From a virus, in IMG/VR virus record IMGVR_UViG_3300002641_002026: a stretch of 29,509 nt of DNA; one strand, 5' to 3'. The notes beneath the pieces were generated by a model. The model was not told where the DNA came from, made no database searches, and saw only the letters and a list, made by a program, of their open reading frames with translations. Position 1 is the stretch's first letter; every line of letters begins with the position of its first letter. This document shows positions 1-8,540 of the stretch, one piece after another. The position numbers and the translations under genes were made by a program.

Positions 1-133
1 TACTTTATCAGCACTATCTTTAAATAATGTTTCAACACCACCTAGATTTTGTTCTAGGTCTGCATATGACTTAACTCCTGCACCAACTACACCTGCCAAT
101 GCACCTGTAATTCCTACAGTCACTGTGGCTAGT
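1..133. repeat. Terminal direct repeat, copy 1; identical to 29377-29509 (circular-assembly overlap)
   Basis: I compared the first 133 nt with the last 133 nt base by base and they are identical. Both lie inside one continuous minus-strand reading frame. Confidence 0.95.
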
Positions 134-564
134 TTTTTACTCACATTTAAAGCAACATCACCAACTTTAGATAGTCCATCTTTTACTTTAGAAAAATCTA
201 TACTAGATTGACTTTTTAATTCTTTATTCATACTTTTTAGTGCAGATTCACCTTTTGCTATTTCTACACTTAAGGCTCTATATTTTTCTTTTTGTTCATC
301 AGTTAAAGATGAATAACTTCCCATTTGTTTTTGAGCCTCTTTAAGAGTATTTAATCTATCAGTTGTTGCCTTTATATTATTTTTTAAAACATCTTGTTTT
401 TGAGATAATATTTCAGTATTTTTGGGGTCAAGTTTTAATGCTTGATTAAGTTGTCTTAATTCAGTATTTGTAGAATATACAACCTTATTAACATTTTTTA
501 AGGCATCTTCTAATTTTGATGTATTACCACCAATATCAATAGTTATACCTTTTATATTAGCCAT
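1..564 (-). CDS. Tail tape measure protein, exon 1, 5' part (continues across the circular junction into 29134-29376)
   Basis: ATG at 564-562 follows the RBS GGAGGTGAAACT. Translation reads MANIKGITIDIGGNTSKLEDALK...KKLATVTVGITGALAGVVGAGVKSYADLEQNLGGVETLFKDSADKV, in frame with ORF 29131-29499 through the 133-nt overlap. It is a coiled-coil-rich N-terminus typical of a tape measure protein (TMP). Confidence 0.9.
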   Translation of the reverse strand, partial: MANIKGITIDIGGNTSKLEDALKNVNKVVYSTNTELRQLNQALKLDPKNTEILSQKQDVLKNNIKATTDRLNTLKEAQKQMGSYSSLTDEQKEKYRALSVEIAKGESALKSMNKELKSQSSIDFSKVKDGLSKVGDVALNVSKKLATVTVGITGALAGVVGAGVKSYADLEQNLGGVETLFKDSADKV

Positions 565-587
565 AGTTTCACCTCCTTATAAATACT

Positions 588-645
588 AAAAAAACTACTC
601 TTTAGAGTAGCAATGAGTAGTCTTTTTACTACTCATAAGAGTAGT
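588..645 (-). terminator. Hairpin cluster and rho-independent terminator after the major tail gene
   Basis: On the minus strand, CTACTC-TAAA-GAGTAG is followed by T7 (plus-strand 588-610). Further ACTACTC/GAGTAGT heptamers lie at 615-621, 628-634 and 639-645. Confidence 0.6.
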
Positions 646-651
646 GTTTAA

Positions 652-1221
652 TTATGCTGATACTACTGGTTCATAAACTTCTTCAAAGAAACCATCATAT
701 GCAGTTGCATTTTCAGTTGTTCTTTCTAAGAATGTTCTAACTTTATTATCAGTAATTCTTGGTGTAGCAGTAATATTTAATGTATCAGTGCTAGGTTCTT
801 TAGATGTCTCAATTGTTTGTCCAGCAGTTGATGGTCTTTGAGCAGATACATTATAGTACCAATATCTACGATTAGTCTTATCACCATCAATTTGGAATCC
901 TAATGCAAAGTCCTTAATTGTATCGTTAGTACTTTCAGTCATTGCACCATTTGAGTCAGTACTTTCTCCTAATATTTTAGTTCTAAATTCATCAGAAATT
1001 AATGCTATTTCTAATGAACCACTATAACCTTGATTAGCAAACTCACTAAAATATTTAGTATTATCACCAAAGAAGTCTGCACTTTCACCCTCAGGGTCAA
1101 GTGTTAAATTAACTGCTCCTGGTATTGCAAATGGTGTATCATAAGTGATTGATGAACCATTTACTGCAGTAATTGGTGCTATATGTACATTACATAATCC
1201 AAATTTAACTTTATTCTTCAT
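652..1221 (-). CDS. Major tail protein (phi13-like family)
   Basis: 189 aa. The N-terminus KFGLCNVHIAPIT...YDTPFAIPGAVNLTLDPEGESADFFGDN is typical of Firmicute siphovirus major tail proteins. It sits directly upstream of the TMP. Confidence 0.85.
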   Translation of the reverse strand: MKNKVKFGLCNVHIAPITAVNGSSITYDTPFAIPGAVNLTLDPEGESADFFGDNTKYFSEFANQGYSGSLEIALISDEFRTKILGESTDSNGAMTESTNDTIKDFALGFQIDGDKTNRRYWYYNVSAQRPSTAGQTIETSKEPSTDTLNITATPRITDNKVRTFLERTTENATAYDGFFEEVYEPVVSA

Positions 1222-1230
1222 TTTATCCTC

Positions 1231-1545
1231 CTATATTTCATAAAAATTATGATAAATTTTTTCATCTTCATCCCATACTTCATCTAATTTGTCATATGGA
1301 ATGCTATTTATATTTAATAATTCCTCAATAGTTTTTTCTAATGCAATATCTTTCTTTTCAGTCACAAGTTCTATTTCAAACTCGTAAGGTCTATAATAAG
1401 TTTTGCCATCTGCTTTAAATGTTTCAGGAGCAGTTTCTCTATAAGCCACAAAAGGTGGTACTACATTTAAACTTACATCAAAGCAATTGTATGCAACTGG
1501 TATATTCAAAGTTTTCAATAAATCATAAATATCTTTATGTTCCAT
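1231..1545 (-). CDS. Tail completion / tail terminator-like protein
   Basis: 104 aa, located between the gp10-like protein and the major tail protein. The call rests on synteny. Confidence 0.55.
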   Translation of the reverse strand: MEHKDIYDLLKTLNIPVAYNCFDVSLNVVPPFVAYRETAPETFKADGKTYYRPYEFEIELVTEKKDIALEKTIEELLNINSIPYDKLDEVWDEDEKIYHNFYEI

Positions 1546-1931
1546 TAATTACCCTTTCTAATGCCATTTTCGACATTTTTTAAATATTCAGATATACATT
1601 GTTCTTCTACTGGTTTTATATGAACTATTGGTTTTGTATATCCACCATTTCTTTTTAAATGAGGCTTTTCAAGTAAATGTGTAAGTTGATAATCAGTTGC
1701 ATTATGTATAATACAATGAACTTCACCTCTACGATTTTCTTTTTTTACTCTCCAACCTCTAGCATATTTTCCTCGATTTGCAGTTGCTTTTTTATTTTTT
1801 GGTGATGTTGCTTTTAAAGTTTTAACACCCTCATTTGCTATTTTCTCTGCCTCTTCTTGAATTAATGACTGAATATCATCACCATAACCAGCAAGTATTT
1901 CATTTATATCTAATATCGAACTTTTAGCCAT
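1545..1931 (-). CDS. HK97 gp10-family head-tail joining protein
   Basis: Motif GKYARGWRVKKE...HNATDYQLTHLLEKPH, plus position in the connector module. Confidence 0.75.
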   Translation of the reverse strand: MAKSSILDINEILAGYGDDIQSLIQEEAEKIANEGVKTLKATSPKNKKATANRGKYARGWRVKKENRRGEVHCIIHNATDYQLTHLLEKPHLKRNGGYTKPIVHIKPVEEQCISEYLKNVENGIRKGN

Positions 1932-2259
1932 TTACACCAATTCTTTTAGTACATACTAAAACAATATCAAATTTATTTTTAGGGTCTATTGTCCTAATTA
2001 TTTGAAATCTTTCATTGTTCCACTCTAATTCAGTTTCTCCATTATAGTTAAGTCTTTTAATAATAAACTCACAATTTGGATTAAGTCCAACTTCTAGAGC
2101 ATTATAGTATTCTCCTGTTTTAACACTTTGTTTTTTGGCATAACATTTATTTCTAGTTTCAGAGGACTTGATAACATTACCTATCTCATCCTCTGTTTTA
2201 ACTAGATTTATCAAATAAATAATCTCATTATATTCCATTGTTTTCCTCTTCTGATTCAT
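1924..2259 (-). CDS. Head closure / head-tail adaptor protein
   Basis: 111 aa. Size, position and sequence pattern resemble SPP1 gp15 / HK97 gp7. It overlaps its neighbours, consistent with translational coupling. Confidence 0.7.
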   Translation of the reverse strand: MNQKRKTMEYNEIIYLINLVKTEDEIGNVIKSSETRNKCYAKKQSVKTGEYYNALEVGLNPNCEFIIKRLNYNGETELEWNNERFQIIRTIDPKNKFDIVLVCTKRIGVNG

Positions 2260-2542
2260 CTTTCAATAAACCATCTACGATATATTCTGAGGTATGTCTT
2301 AATACATCTTTTTGTAATGCATAACTATTTGCATACAATTCAGCATTAGAAACATCAATAAAACTTAGAACATAAGTGATTATTGCAGTTTGTATTAAAC
2401 TATTAGGATTATCAATTAAAGTACCGACTATGCCGATACTTTTAAGGTCTAATTTTGCTGATTCAATCCAAATATTTATGGTGTCATCAAAATCAGAATG
2501 ATTTATACCTTGTATTTTTTTAATATCTTCTAGCATAGTCAA
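2228..2542 (-). CDS. gp6-like head-tail connector protein
   Basis: 104 aa, immediately downstream of the capsid gene. Helical N-terminus LEDIKKIQGINHSDFDDTINIWIESAK is typical of the gp6-like family. Confidence 0.7.
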   Translation of the reverse strand: MTMLEDIKKIQGINHSDFDDTINIWIESAKLDLKSIGIVGTLIDNPNSLIQTAIITYVLSFIDVSNAELYANSYALQKDVLRHTSEYIVDGLLKDESEEENNGI

Positions 2543-2559
2543 CTTCCTTTCTTACTTAA

Positions 2560-3615
2560 TTATGCACTAACATTTAAAACTTGGAATGCAGTTGCATCAG
2601 CAAGTTTACCATCATAGATAGCAACACCTGAATAAGAGTAAGTATTATTACCGATATTATATTGAGTATGAATATTAATATCTTCTGCTAAATTACCAAC
2701 GAATTTTTTAGCATTTCCGAATGATACTTTATTAGCCTTATCACTTATAGATACTTCATATCCTAAAATGAAATATTTACCATTTTCACGAGTCACTAAT
2801 TCATTTTTAGATATATCTTGTAATGCTAAGATATTGTTATAGAATAATGATTTATTAACATACCATTTAGCACCATTTTCATATCCTGCAGGTAGTCCTG
2901 CTACTAAACTTCTTAATCCACTAGCATCTAATGAACCATTTACTGGAGTTCCAGTAGTTTCAATCTTATTTAAGATTTTACTTTCAATAGCATTAGCAAT
3001 TGAATCAGATAACATATCAGTTAACCATTCTTCAAATGCATCAATAGACATTGTTTTAACAGTATCACTGATAGTCACTAATTTAACTATTTCAGTACCT
3101 GCTAAATCAACTTTTAATAAAGGTACTTCTGATTCAGTAATAGATGCACCCTCTACATGGTCAGCACCATCAGTTCTAGTACCCTCTACATAGAATGATA
3201 CATTTCCTTTTACATTTAATAATGTAATTTCATCTAACATAGGTGCTTTTTTTACTACTTTCTCAAATATTGTATTTTGAGTTTCAGTTGGGATAGCACC
3301 ATCTTCTGCAACTAGAATATCTCTTTCTTCTTCGTTTAATTCTTTTCCCATTAACTTAGATAAGTATATATCTCTATACTCTTTTTTCTTTTCCATTTTT
3401 CTTTCCTCCATTTTAATTTCTTTTACTGCAGATTTTTCTTCTTTCATTTCTTCTGCAACTTCTTCATTTTTTTCTTGTTCCTCGATTTGAGTTTCTTCTT
3501 CGTTTAAAGCATCAACTTCTTTTTCAAGTTCTTCTACTTGTTCAGTTGTTTCTGCTTTATCTACTTCTTCACGAATTTCCACTTTACGAGCCTCAATTTC
3601 TTCTTTTCTTGTCAT
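2560..3615 (-). CDS. Major capsid protein, HK97 family, with an N-terminal E/K-rich delta (scaffold) domain
   Basis: 351 aa. The first ~80 aa form an E/K coiled coil, followed by an HK97-fold-like body. It follows the prohead protease and has the RBS GGAGG. Confidence 0.9.
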   Translation of the reverse strand: MTRKEEIEARKVEIREEVDKAETTEQVEELEKEVDALNEEETQIEEQEKNEEVAEEMKEEKSAVKEIKMEERKMEKKKEYRDIYLSKLMGKELNEEERDILVAEDGAIPTETQNTIFEKVVKKAPMLDEITLLNVKGNVSFYVEGTRTDGADHVEGASITESEVPLLKVDLAGTEIVKLVTISDTVKTMSIDAFEEWLTDMLSDSIANAIESKILNKIETTGTPVNGSLDASGLRSLVAGLPAGYENGAKWYVNKSLFYNNILALQDISKNELVTRENGKYFILGYEVSISDKANKVSFGNAKKFVGNLAEDINIHTQYNIGNNTYSYSGVAIYDGKLADATAFQVLNVSA

Positions 3616-3711
3616 AATTGACCTCCTATTCTTTTAGTACTCTTTAGGGCGATACAATTCCCATTATGGCTCTCCAGCCTTTATTAAAACGACTTAGTTA
3701 GTTTTGACCAA

Positions 3712-3737
3712 CAAAAAAGAGAACTCTCCAGTTCTCT
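3712..3737 (-). terminator. Rho-independent terminator between the protease and capsid genes
   Basis: Minus strand: AGAGAACT-GGAG-AGTTCTCT, an 8-bp stem, followed by TTTTTTG. Confidence 0.75.
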
Positions 3738-3751
3738 TTTTCTTCATCGTA

Positions 3752-4339
3752 TTAACCTAATTTAGCAATTAGTTTTGTTTTAGCCTCTTCTAAGGCTTTC
3801 TTTTCTTCATATTCTTTTCTTAGTTCTTTTCTTTTCTCTAAGAAATCATCATTTTTACTTGCAACACTTACATCAGTTGCATTATAAAATGGTTGGTCTA
3901 CAACTGATACATCAAATAATTTACCAATTTTAGTTATTGTTCTAGTATCAGTTTCATAGTCATATTCATCTTCTTCTACTGTGAATGCAAACGATTGCTT
4001 ATCTATTAAACCACTCTTTATAGCATTAAATATATTTTTATGTTCAGTAATATCATCTTGTAATATTGCATCTATTTTTAAACCTTTTTTATCTTTTTCT
4101 AATTTTAAACTACCATTTCTAGTTCTTGCTAGTACCATAAATGAATCATTATGATTATATCTTAAAACCACATCTGACATATCAGCATTATCTAATGCTC
4201 TATCACTAATAATTTCAGTATATCCATAAGTTTCGGGGCTATTAAATACTACTGCATATCCTTTAATTTCCATTTTTTCTTCTTCATTAGTTTCTGCTCT
4301 AAATTGGATATCTAATTTTCTTATTTCTTTTTCTTTCAT
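3752..4339 (-). CDS. Prohead maturation protease, HK97 family (S78/U35)
   Basis: Motifs IKGYAVVFNSP...LRYNHN...ARTRNGSLKLEKDKKGL...KQSFAFTV. The likely start is MKEKEIRK behind GGAGGAAGTG; the ORF track starts 10 codons earlier at 4369. Confidence 0.88.
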   Translation of the reverse strand: MKEKEIRKLDIQFRAETNEEEKMEIKGYAVVFNSPETYGYTEIISDRALDNADMSDVVLRYNHNDSFMVLARTRNGSLKLEKDKKGLKIDAILQDDITEHKNIFNAIKSGLIDKQSFAFTVEEDEYDYETDTRTITKIGKLFDVSVVDQPFYNATDVSVASKNDDFLEKRKELRKEYEEKKALEEAKTKLIAKLG

Positions 4340-4381
4340 ATATTTCACTTCCTCCCATAATAAAAACACTCTTTTGAGTGT

Positions 4382-4612
4382 TTATTCATCTTCTTCGACT
4401 CCATCGATATATTCAAAGTCATCGCACAATTCAATTCCATAATCATAAATATCATCGGTATCAGTAATATTATTATCAACTATATAATCATACATTTTTT
4501 GCATATCTTCTTCAGTATCAAGTAAACCCATAATGCCTGAAATATCATTATTTTCGTAATCGAAAGTATATTCTTTCAATTTTTTTCTTAATTTTTCTTC
4601 TATTTCGCTCAT
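4382..4612 (-). CDS. Small, highly acidic protein of unknown function
   Basis: 76 aa with 26 D/E residues against 7 K/R. Its ATGA overlaps the portal stop, consistent with translational coupling. Confidence 0.7.
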   Translation of the reverse strand: MSEIEEKLRKKLKEYTFDYENNDISGIMGLLDTEEDMQKMYDYIVDNNITDTDDIYDYGIELCDDFEYIDGVEEDE

Positions 4613-6078
4613 TTTTTATACTTTCTCCTCCCTATAACATTAAAGTTATCATAACTATTATACTTAAAAATATATTCTTTGTCGCCAATTATTTGTGAAT
4701 TTTTTCCTTTTTTCCATTTATCAGGATTAGAATTTATTAAATGTGCTAATCTACCATATTCTTTTTTAGATAATTTCTTTTTCCCTCCACCTGTAGTAAA
4801 CTTGCCATGTTTATCGTGATTTGGATTAGATTTAGTTTCTTTATTTTTTTTATTTTCTTCTTTTTCTTCATTATTCTGATTATTTTGATTATCATTACCT
4901 GTTTGATAATCATTCGCTATATCGCTATCAATATGATTTAAGTCTTGCATAATTTTGTCACCATCTTCTCTAGGTGCAAGATTAAATACTTCTCTTAATT
5001 CATTGATAGTCATTATATTGTTGGCATATCTTAACAAACTAATTTTTGTATTATTAGATACATATTGTAATCTATTACTTTCAAATACTATTTCATTTCC
5101 AAAATATTTTTCAGTTGGTGTAAAAATTTTATTAGTAAACTCTAAACTCATTTGTAATCCAATTGGTTCTAGTACTGATTCATAGAATGCATTCCACTCA
5201 TCTTCATTATATTTAGATTGAACGATTGCCTCGTTCACACCAAAATAAGAGAGTATTTTACTATCAATACTCTTTATTTGACTATCACTAGCAGTAGTAG
5301 GTTCGATTTTAACAGGTGTAAAATCTGATGTTGCATCTAAACCACCAATACCACTTTTATCTCCATTATTTATAAAATCTTTTACAAATTGGTCTCGCAT
5401 TCTTTTAACATCATCTGGTTTTAACATAGCCTTAGTAGATTTTATAATACCTTTTATTGATTGTGTTGTTTTTATTGCATTTATAATTCCCTCATCAAGC
5501 ACATGTTTCATTGATAAAGTTTTAATTATTGGTATTGTAGAACCACCAATAATTCCATTATCACTTATAAATCTTGTTAAATGAATACAACTATCATATG
5601 GTACAAATCTTTCTTTAGAACGACCAAATTTAAATTTAATCCATATCTTATTTTGGTATTCATATAATTTTCCCTCGCTAAAGTCTAATGGATATAAACC
5701 TGTTATTTTTAAATCTTTATCTCTTTGCATATATATAAAACTATCATTATATAATTCCAAGTTGGATATTACTTGATAATAAAATTGATATGCATTTTGT
5801 AATTCATTTGGTTGTTTGGCTAATATTTTATATAAATTACCAGTTAAATTTTCAAATTTATTCGCAAAATTTCTTATATGTTTAGGATGCATTTTAGCAC
5901 CATTTCTTGCAATAGCATCTACACATGCTCTAATATCAGTATCATTTTTGAAATCACCATTATACTTTGTAAATACTGCTTTATCTCCATTCAATAATGT
6001 GAACTCAGTCGCATTTTGTGGATTCTTACTATTATCATCGCTACCAAATAACCTACTGAACAAACTTCTTCTAGCCAT
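4609..6078 (-). CDS. Portal protein, HK97 family, with a basic/N-rich C-terminal extension
   Basis: 489 aa, directly downstream of TerL. Portal-like core (IRACVDAIARNGAKM...) plus about 100 aa of tail sequence, NQNNQNNEEKEENKK...HDKHGKFTTGGGKKK... Confidence 0.88.
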   Translation of the reverse strand: MARRSLFSRLFGSDDNSKNPQNATEFTLLNGDKAVFTKYNGDFKNDTDIRACVDAIARNGAKMHPKHIRNFANKFENLTGNLYKILAKQPNELQNAYQFYYQVISNLELYNDSFIYMQRDKDLKITGLYPLDFSEGKLYEYQNKIWIKFKFGRSKERFVPYDSCIHLTRFISDNGIIGGSTIPIIKTLSMKHVLDEGIINAIKTTQSIKGIIKSTKAMLKPDDVKRMRDQFVKDFINNGDKSGIGGLDATSDFTPVKIEPTTASDSQIKSIDSKILSYFGVNEAIVQSKYNEDEWNAFYESVLEPIGLQMSLEFTNKIFTPTEKYFGNEIVFESNRLQYVSNNTKISLLRYANNIMTINELREVFNLAPREDGDKIMQDLNHIDSDIANDYQTGNDNQNNQNNEEKEENKKNKETKSNPNHDKHGKFTTGGGKKKLSKKEYGRLAHLINSNPDKWKKGKNSQIIGDKEYIFKYNSYDNFNVIGRRKYKK

Positions 6079-7763
6079 TATTTAACCTCCTCACTAACAT
6101 AGTCTAAATATTCTTGTTGTTTATTTACATATATGACATATGCATCCATTAAACTTGATGCACCATCAATTCTTTGTCTTGATTTTTCTTTTGATAACAT
6201 AATATTTTCATTATCATCAACTTTTACAACCACATTTGATAAATTCCATTTTAATATTGGATTATTATTATAATTAATTTTTTTATCCATCAAATCGGCT
6301 TTCATTTGCTTAAGTGGTGCTGATTCAGTTTTATAACCTTGTCTTACCTCTATCATGTCAAAGCCCTCACTCTTCATTTCATCACACCAAAATTGTGCAT
6401 TCCAACTATCATATCCTACCCATAGTGGTCTTAAATCATTTTCTTGTACTTGCTCTATAAACCACTTTGTAATATCGTGATAGTCTATTTTTGAATCACC
6501 ACTTAATCTTAACCATCCAGCCTTTAACCATTTATCATATGGAATTTTATCTTCTAAAACTTTTTTTTCTAATAAATTGGTTGGAATCCAATACATTTGC
6601 TTAACTCTGACTTTTCCTTTTACTACACCAAGTATACTTGCACAGGTCAAGTCAGTAGTACTAGACAAGTCACATCCACCGATACAATAAGAATCTTTCC
6701 AATCTGAATATATTTCTTCATTATTCAAATCATCAAATGTTAACCAAGCATTAACACTATTTTGTCTTACATTAAAATCTTTGCATAATAAATTAACTAA
6801 TTCTATTGGATTTACCTTTGCTCTTTGTACCTTTTCTCTTAATGCTTTAACTGATTTAATCTTTCCTAATGATGGATTTGGTTTATACCATGACTCTTCA
6901 TTTACCCATTCTTTTTCATCATCTAATTCATAGATAACTGGTAGTAATACTTCATCAGGAATAGTTCCATCTATTACTTGCGAGGCATATTCATATTCAA
7001 TATCGAATACATTTTGTCTGATTGTTCCCATTGTACTTGTTTCAAGCAAAATAGGTTGTTGCCTTGCACTCATCGAATCATACATAACATCCAATAAATT
7101 TTTATCTTTCCATGCATGTACTTCATCTGCAATTACCAAATGACTATTTAATCCATCTAACGAATTACTATCACTTGCTAATGCTCTAAATGTAGAATCA
7201 GTCGCATCATAATATATTCCTCCAATCAAACATCTAATCCTTTTAGCCAAGCAGGGCGATTTTTTAATCATTTTCTTTGATTCTTCCCATACAATCTTTG
7301 ATTGGTCTCTTTTTGTAGCAACCGAATATATCTCTGCACCACCCTCACCATCTTTTGTTAACATAAAGTTAGCAATAGCAGAGTCTAATACCGATTTACC
7401 ATTTTTTCTTGCAACAAATAATATTGCTTTTCTATATTTTCTAAAACCTGTATCTTTATCAACAAAGCCAAAAAGTGCTTGAACAAATGCTTTTTGAAAT
7501 AATTCGAGTTTTAAAGGTTTTCCATTCCATTGACCTTTGGATTGCCTACAATATTTTTCTATAAAATGAATACACCTTAAACTCTTTTTTTCATCAAAAA
7601 TATAAGTGTGTGTTTCAATTTCACCTGTTTCTTGATTAGTAAAAGACACCTTTTTTGGTGTCTTTATATCATCAACTAATCGTTTATATATTGTTCTTAC
7701 TTTCTTACATACTTTATTAGGATTATCTTCAATCCACTTGTAATATTCCTCTATATATGTCAT
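6078..7763 (-). CDS. terL: Terminase large subunit (Terminase_1 type)
   Basis: 561 aa. Walker A-like ARKNGKS, Walker B-like HLVIADEVHAW, and a C-terminal nuclease region. Confidence 0.93.
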   Translation of the reverse strand: MTYIEEYYKWIEDNPNKVCKKVRTIYKRLVDDIKTPKKVSFTNQETGEIETHTYIFDEKKSLRCIHFIEKYCRQSKGQWNGKPLKLELFQKAFVQALFGFVDKDTGFRKYRKAILFVARKNGKSVLDSAIANFMLTKDGEGGAEIYSVATKRDQSKIVWEESKKMIKKSPCLAKRIRCLIGGIYYDATDSTFRALASDSNSLDGLNSHLVIADEVHAWKDKNLLDVMYDSMSARQQPILLETSTMGTIRQNVFDIEYEYASQVIDGTIPDEVLLPVIYELDDEKEWVNEESWYKPNPSLGKIKSVKALREKVQRAKVNPIELVNLLCKDFNVRQNSVNAWLTFDDLNNEEIYSDWKDSYCIGGCDLSSTTDLTCASILGVVKGKVRVKQMYWIPTNLLEKKVLEDKIPYDKWLKAGWLRLSGDSKIDYHDITKWFIEQVQENDLRPLWVGYDSWNAQFWCDEMKSEGFDMIEVRQGYKTESAPLKQMKADLMDKKINYNNNPILKWNLSNVVVKVDDNENIMLSKEKSRQRIDGASSLMDAYVIYVNKQQEYLDYVSEEVK

Positions 7764-8086
7764 AGTTCATCATTGTCAAAATCATCATAATTATCTATTG
7801 AATCTTTTGGCAATAAGTCATTTATTTGTTTAACTGTGGATTGATAATTTTTAATCATAGAATTATATTGTGTTAGTGCTGGATTTGCCCTATCAATACT
7901 ATACTTACCTTGCGACATTTCAGTCACTACACCATCATCAGAAATTTCTTTTTTTAATTTTGTTAAAGTTTTTCTCATAAACTCTAACTCTTTAATTAAT
8001 GCTAATCCTAACATACCTTTTTCATTACTCATTTCATTAAAGGTATTTTTTAAAGATTTAAAATTAATTGACTTAATTTTCTCCAT
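7760..8086 (-). CDS. terS: Terminase small subunit, P27 family
   Basis: The likely start is MEKIKSINFK behind GAGGTGAAAAA; the ORF track begins at 8134. P27-like motif RANPALTQYNSMIKNY. The gene overlaps the terL start. Confidence 0.8.
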   Translation of the reverse strand: MEKIKSINFKSLKNTFNEMSNEKGMLGLALIKELEFMRKTLTKLKKEISDDGVVTEMSQGKYSIDRANPALTQYNSMIKNYQSTVKQINDLLPKDSIDNYDDFDNDEL

Positions 8087-8108
8087 TTTTTCACCTCTTT
8101 CACAAAAG

Positions 8109-8199
8109 TAGGGGGGATATGCACGAATCTGCACATTTTTTGAAGGCTCTCTCCTCGGTTTCTCATTAAGACTTGATTTATCACCTCTAGGGGGGATAT
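8109..8199. other. Candidate cos / terminase recognition region
   Basis: The 12-mer TAGGGGGGATAT occurs twice as a direct repeat (8109-8120 and 8188-8199), flanking locally GC-rich DNA in the HNH-TerS gap. Confidence 0.4.
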
Positions 8200-8540
8200 T
8201 AGTCTTTTTTTATTAGGTTTCCATCAGAATCAAACATATAATCTTTTCTTGTCACTTGGTCTTGATGATGTTCCAACTCATGACACTCTTTACATAATCC
8301 CTCTAGGTTATCTTCATTAAGTGTAATGTTATCATCATATACATTAATATTATTTAAGTACTCTTTATGATGAACTATTCCAGTTCTTCTTTTTTCTTTT
8401 GGAATCCACTCACTTAATCCATCAACATACACAGGCTTATGACATCTATTGCATAATAAATTTTGTTTTATCCAAATATTTTTTCTTGCAATTTTCCATG
8501 CTTTAGAATTATAGAAATCTTTTCTTATTCCATAACTCAT
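8199..8540 (-). CDS. HNH endonuclease (packaging-associated type)
   Basis: CNRCHKP...GIVHHKEY...CKECHELEHH gives Cys pairs plus H-N-H. It lies immediately upstream of terS, as in HK97-like cos phages. Confidence 0.88.
   Translation of the reverse strand: MSYGIRKDFYNSKAWKIARKNIWIKQNLLCNRCHKPVYVDGLSEWIPKEKRRTGIVHHKEYLNNINVYDDNITLNEDNLEGLCKECHELEHHQDQVTRKDYMFDSDGNLIKKD

Noticed and set aside
4955-6085. Plus-strand ORFs 4955-5185 and 5816-6085, antisense to the portal gene.
   Set aside because: They lie wholly inside a well-supported minus-strand gene. The translations are low-complexity and L/S/I/F-rich, as expected for the antisense of AT-rich coding DNA, and there is no RBS.
8199-8540. The HNH endonuclease considered as the homing endonuclease of the TMP intron.
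   Set aside because: It lies about 8.4 kb from the intron on the circular map (about 20 kb in window coordinates). It sits in the stereotyped HNH-cos-TerS arrangement of HK97-like packaging modules. The intron itself has no ORF.
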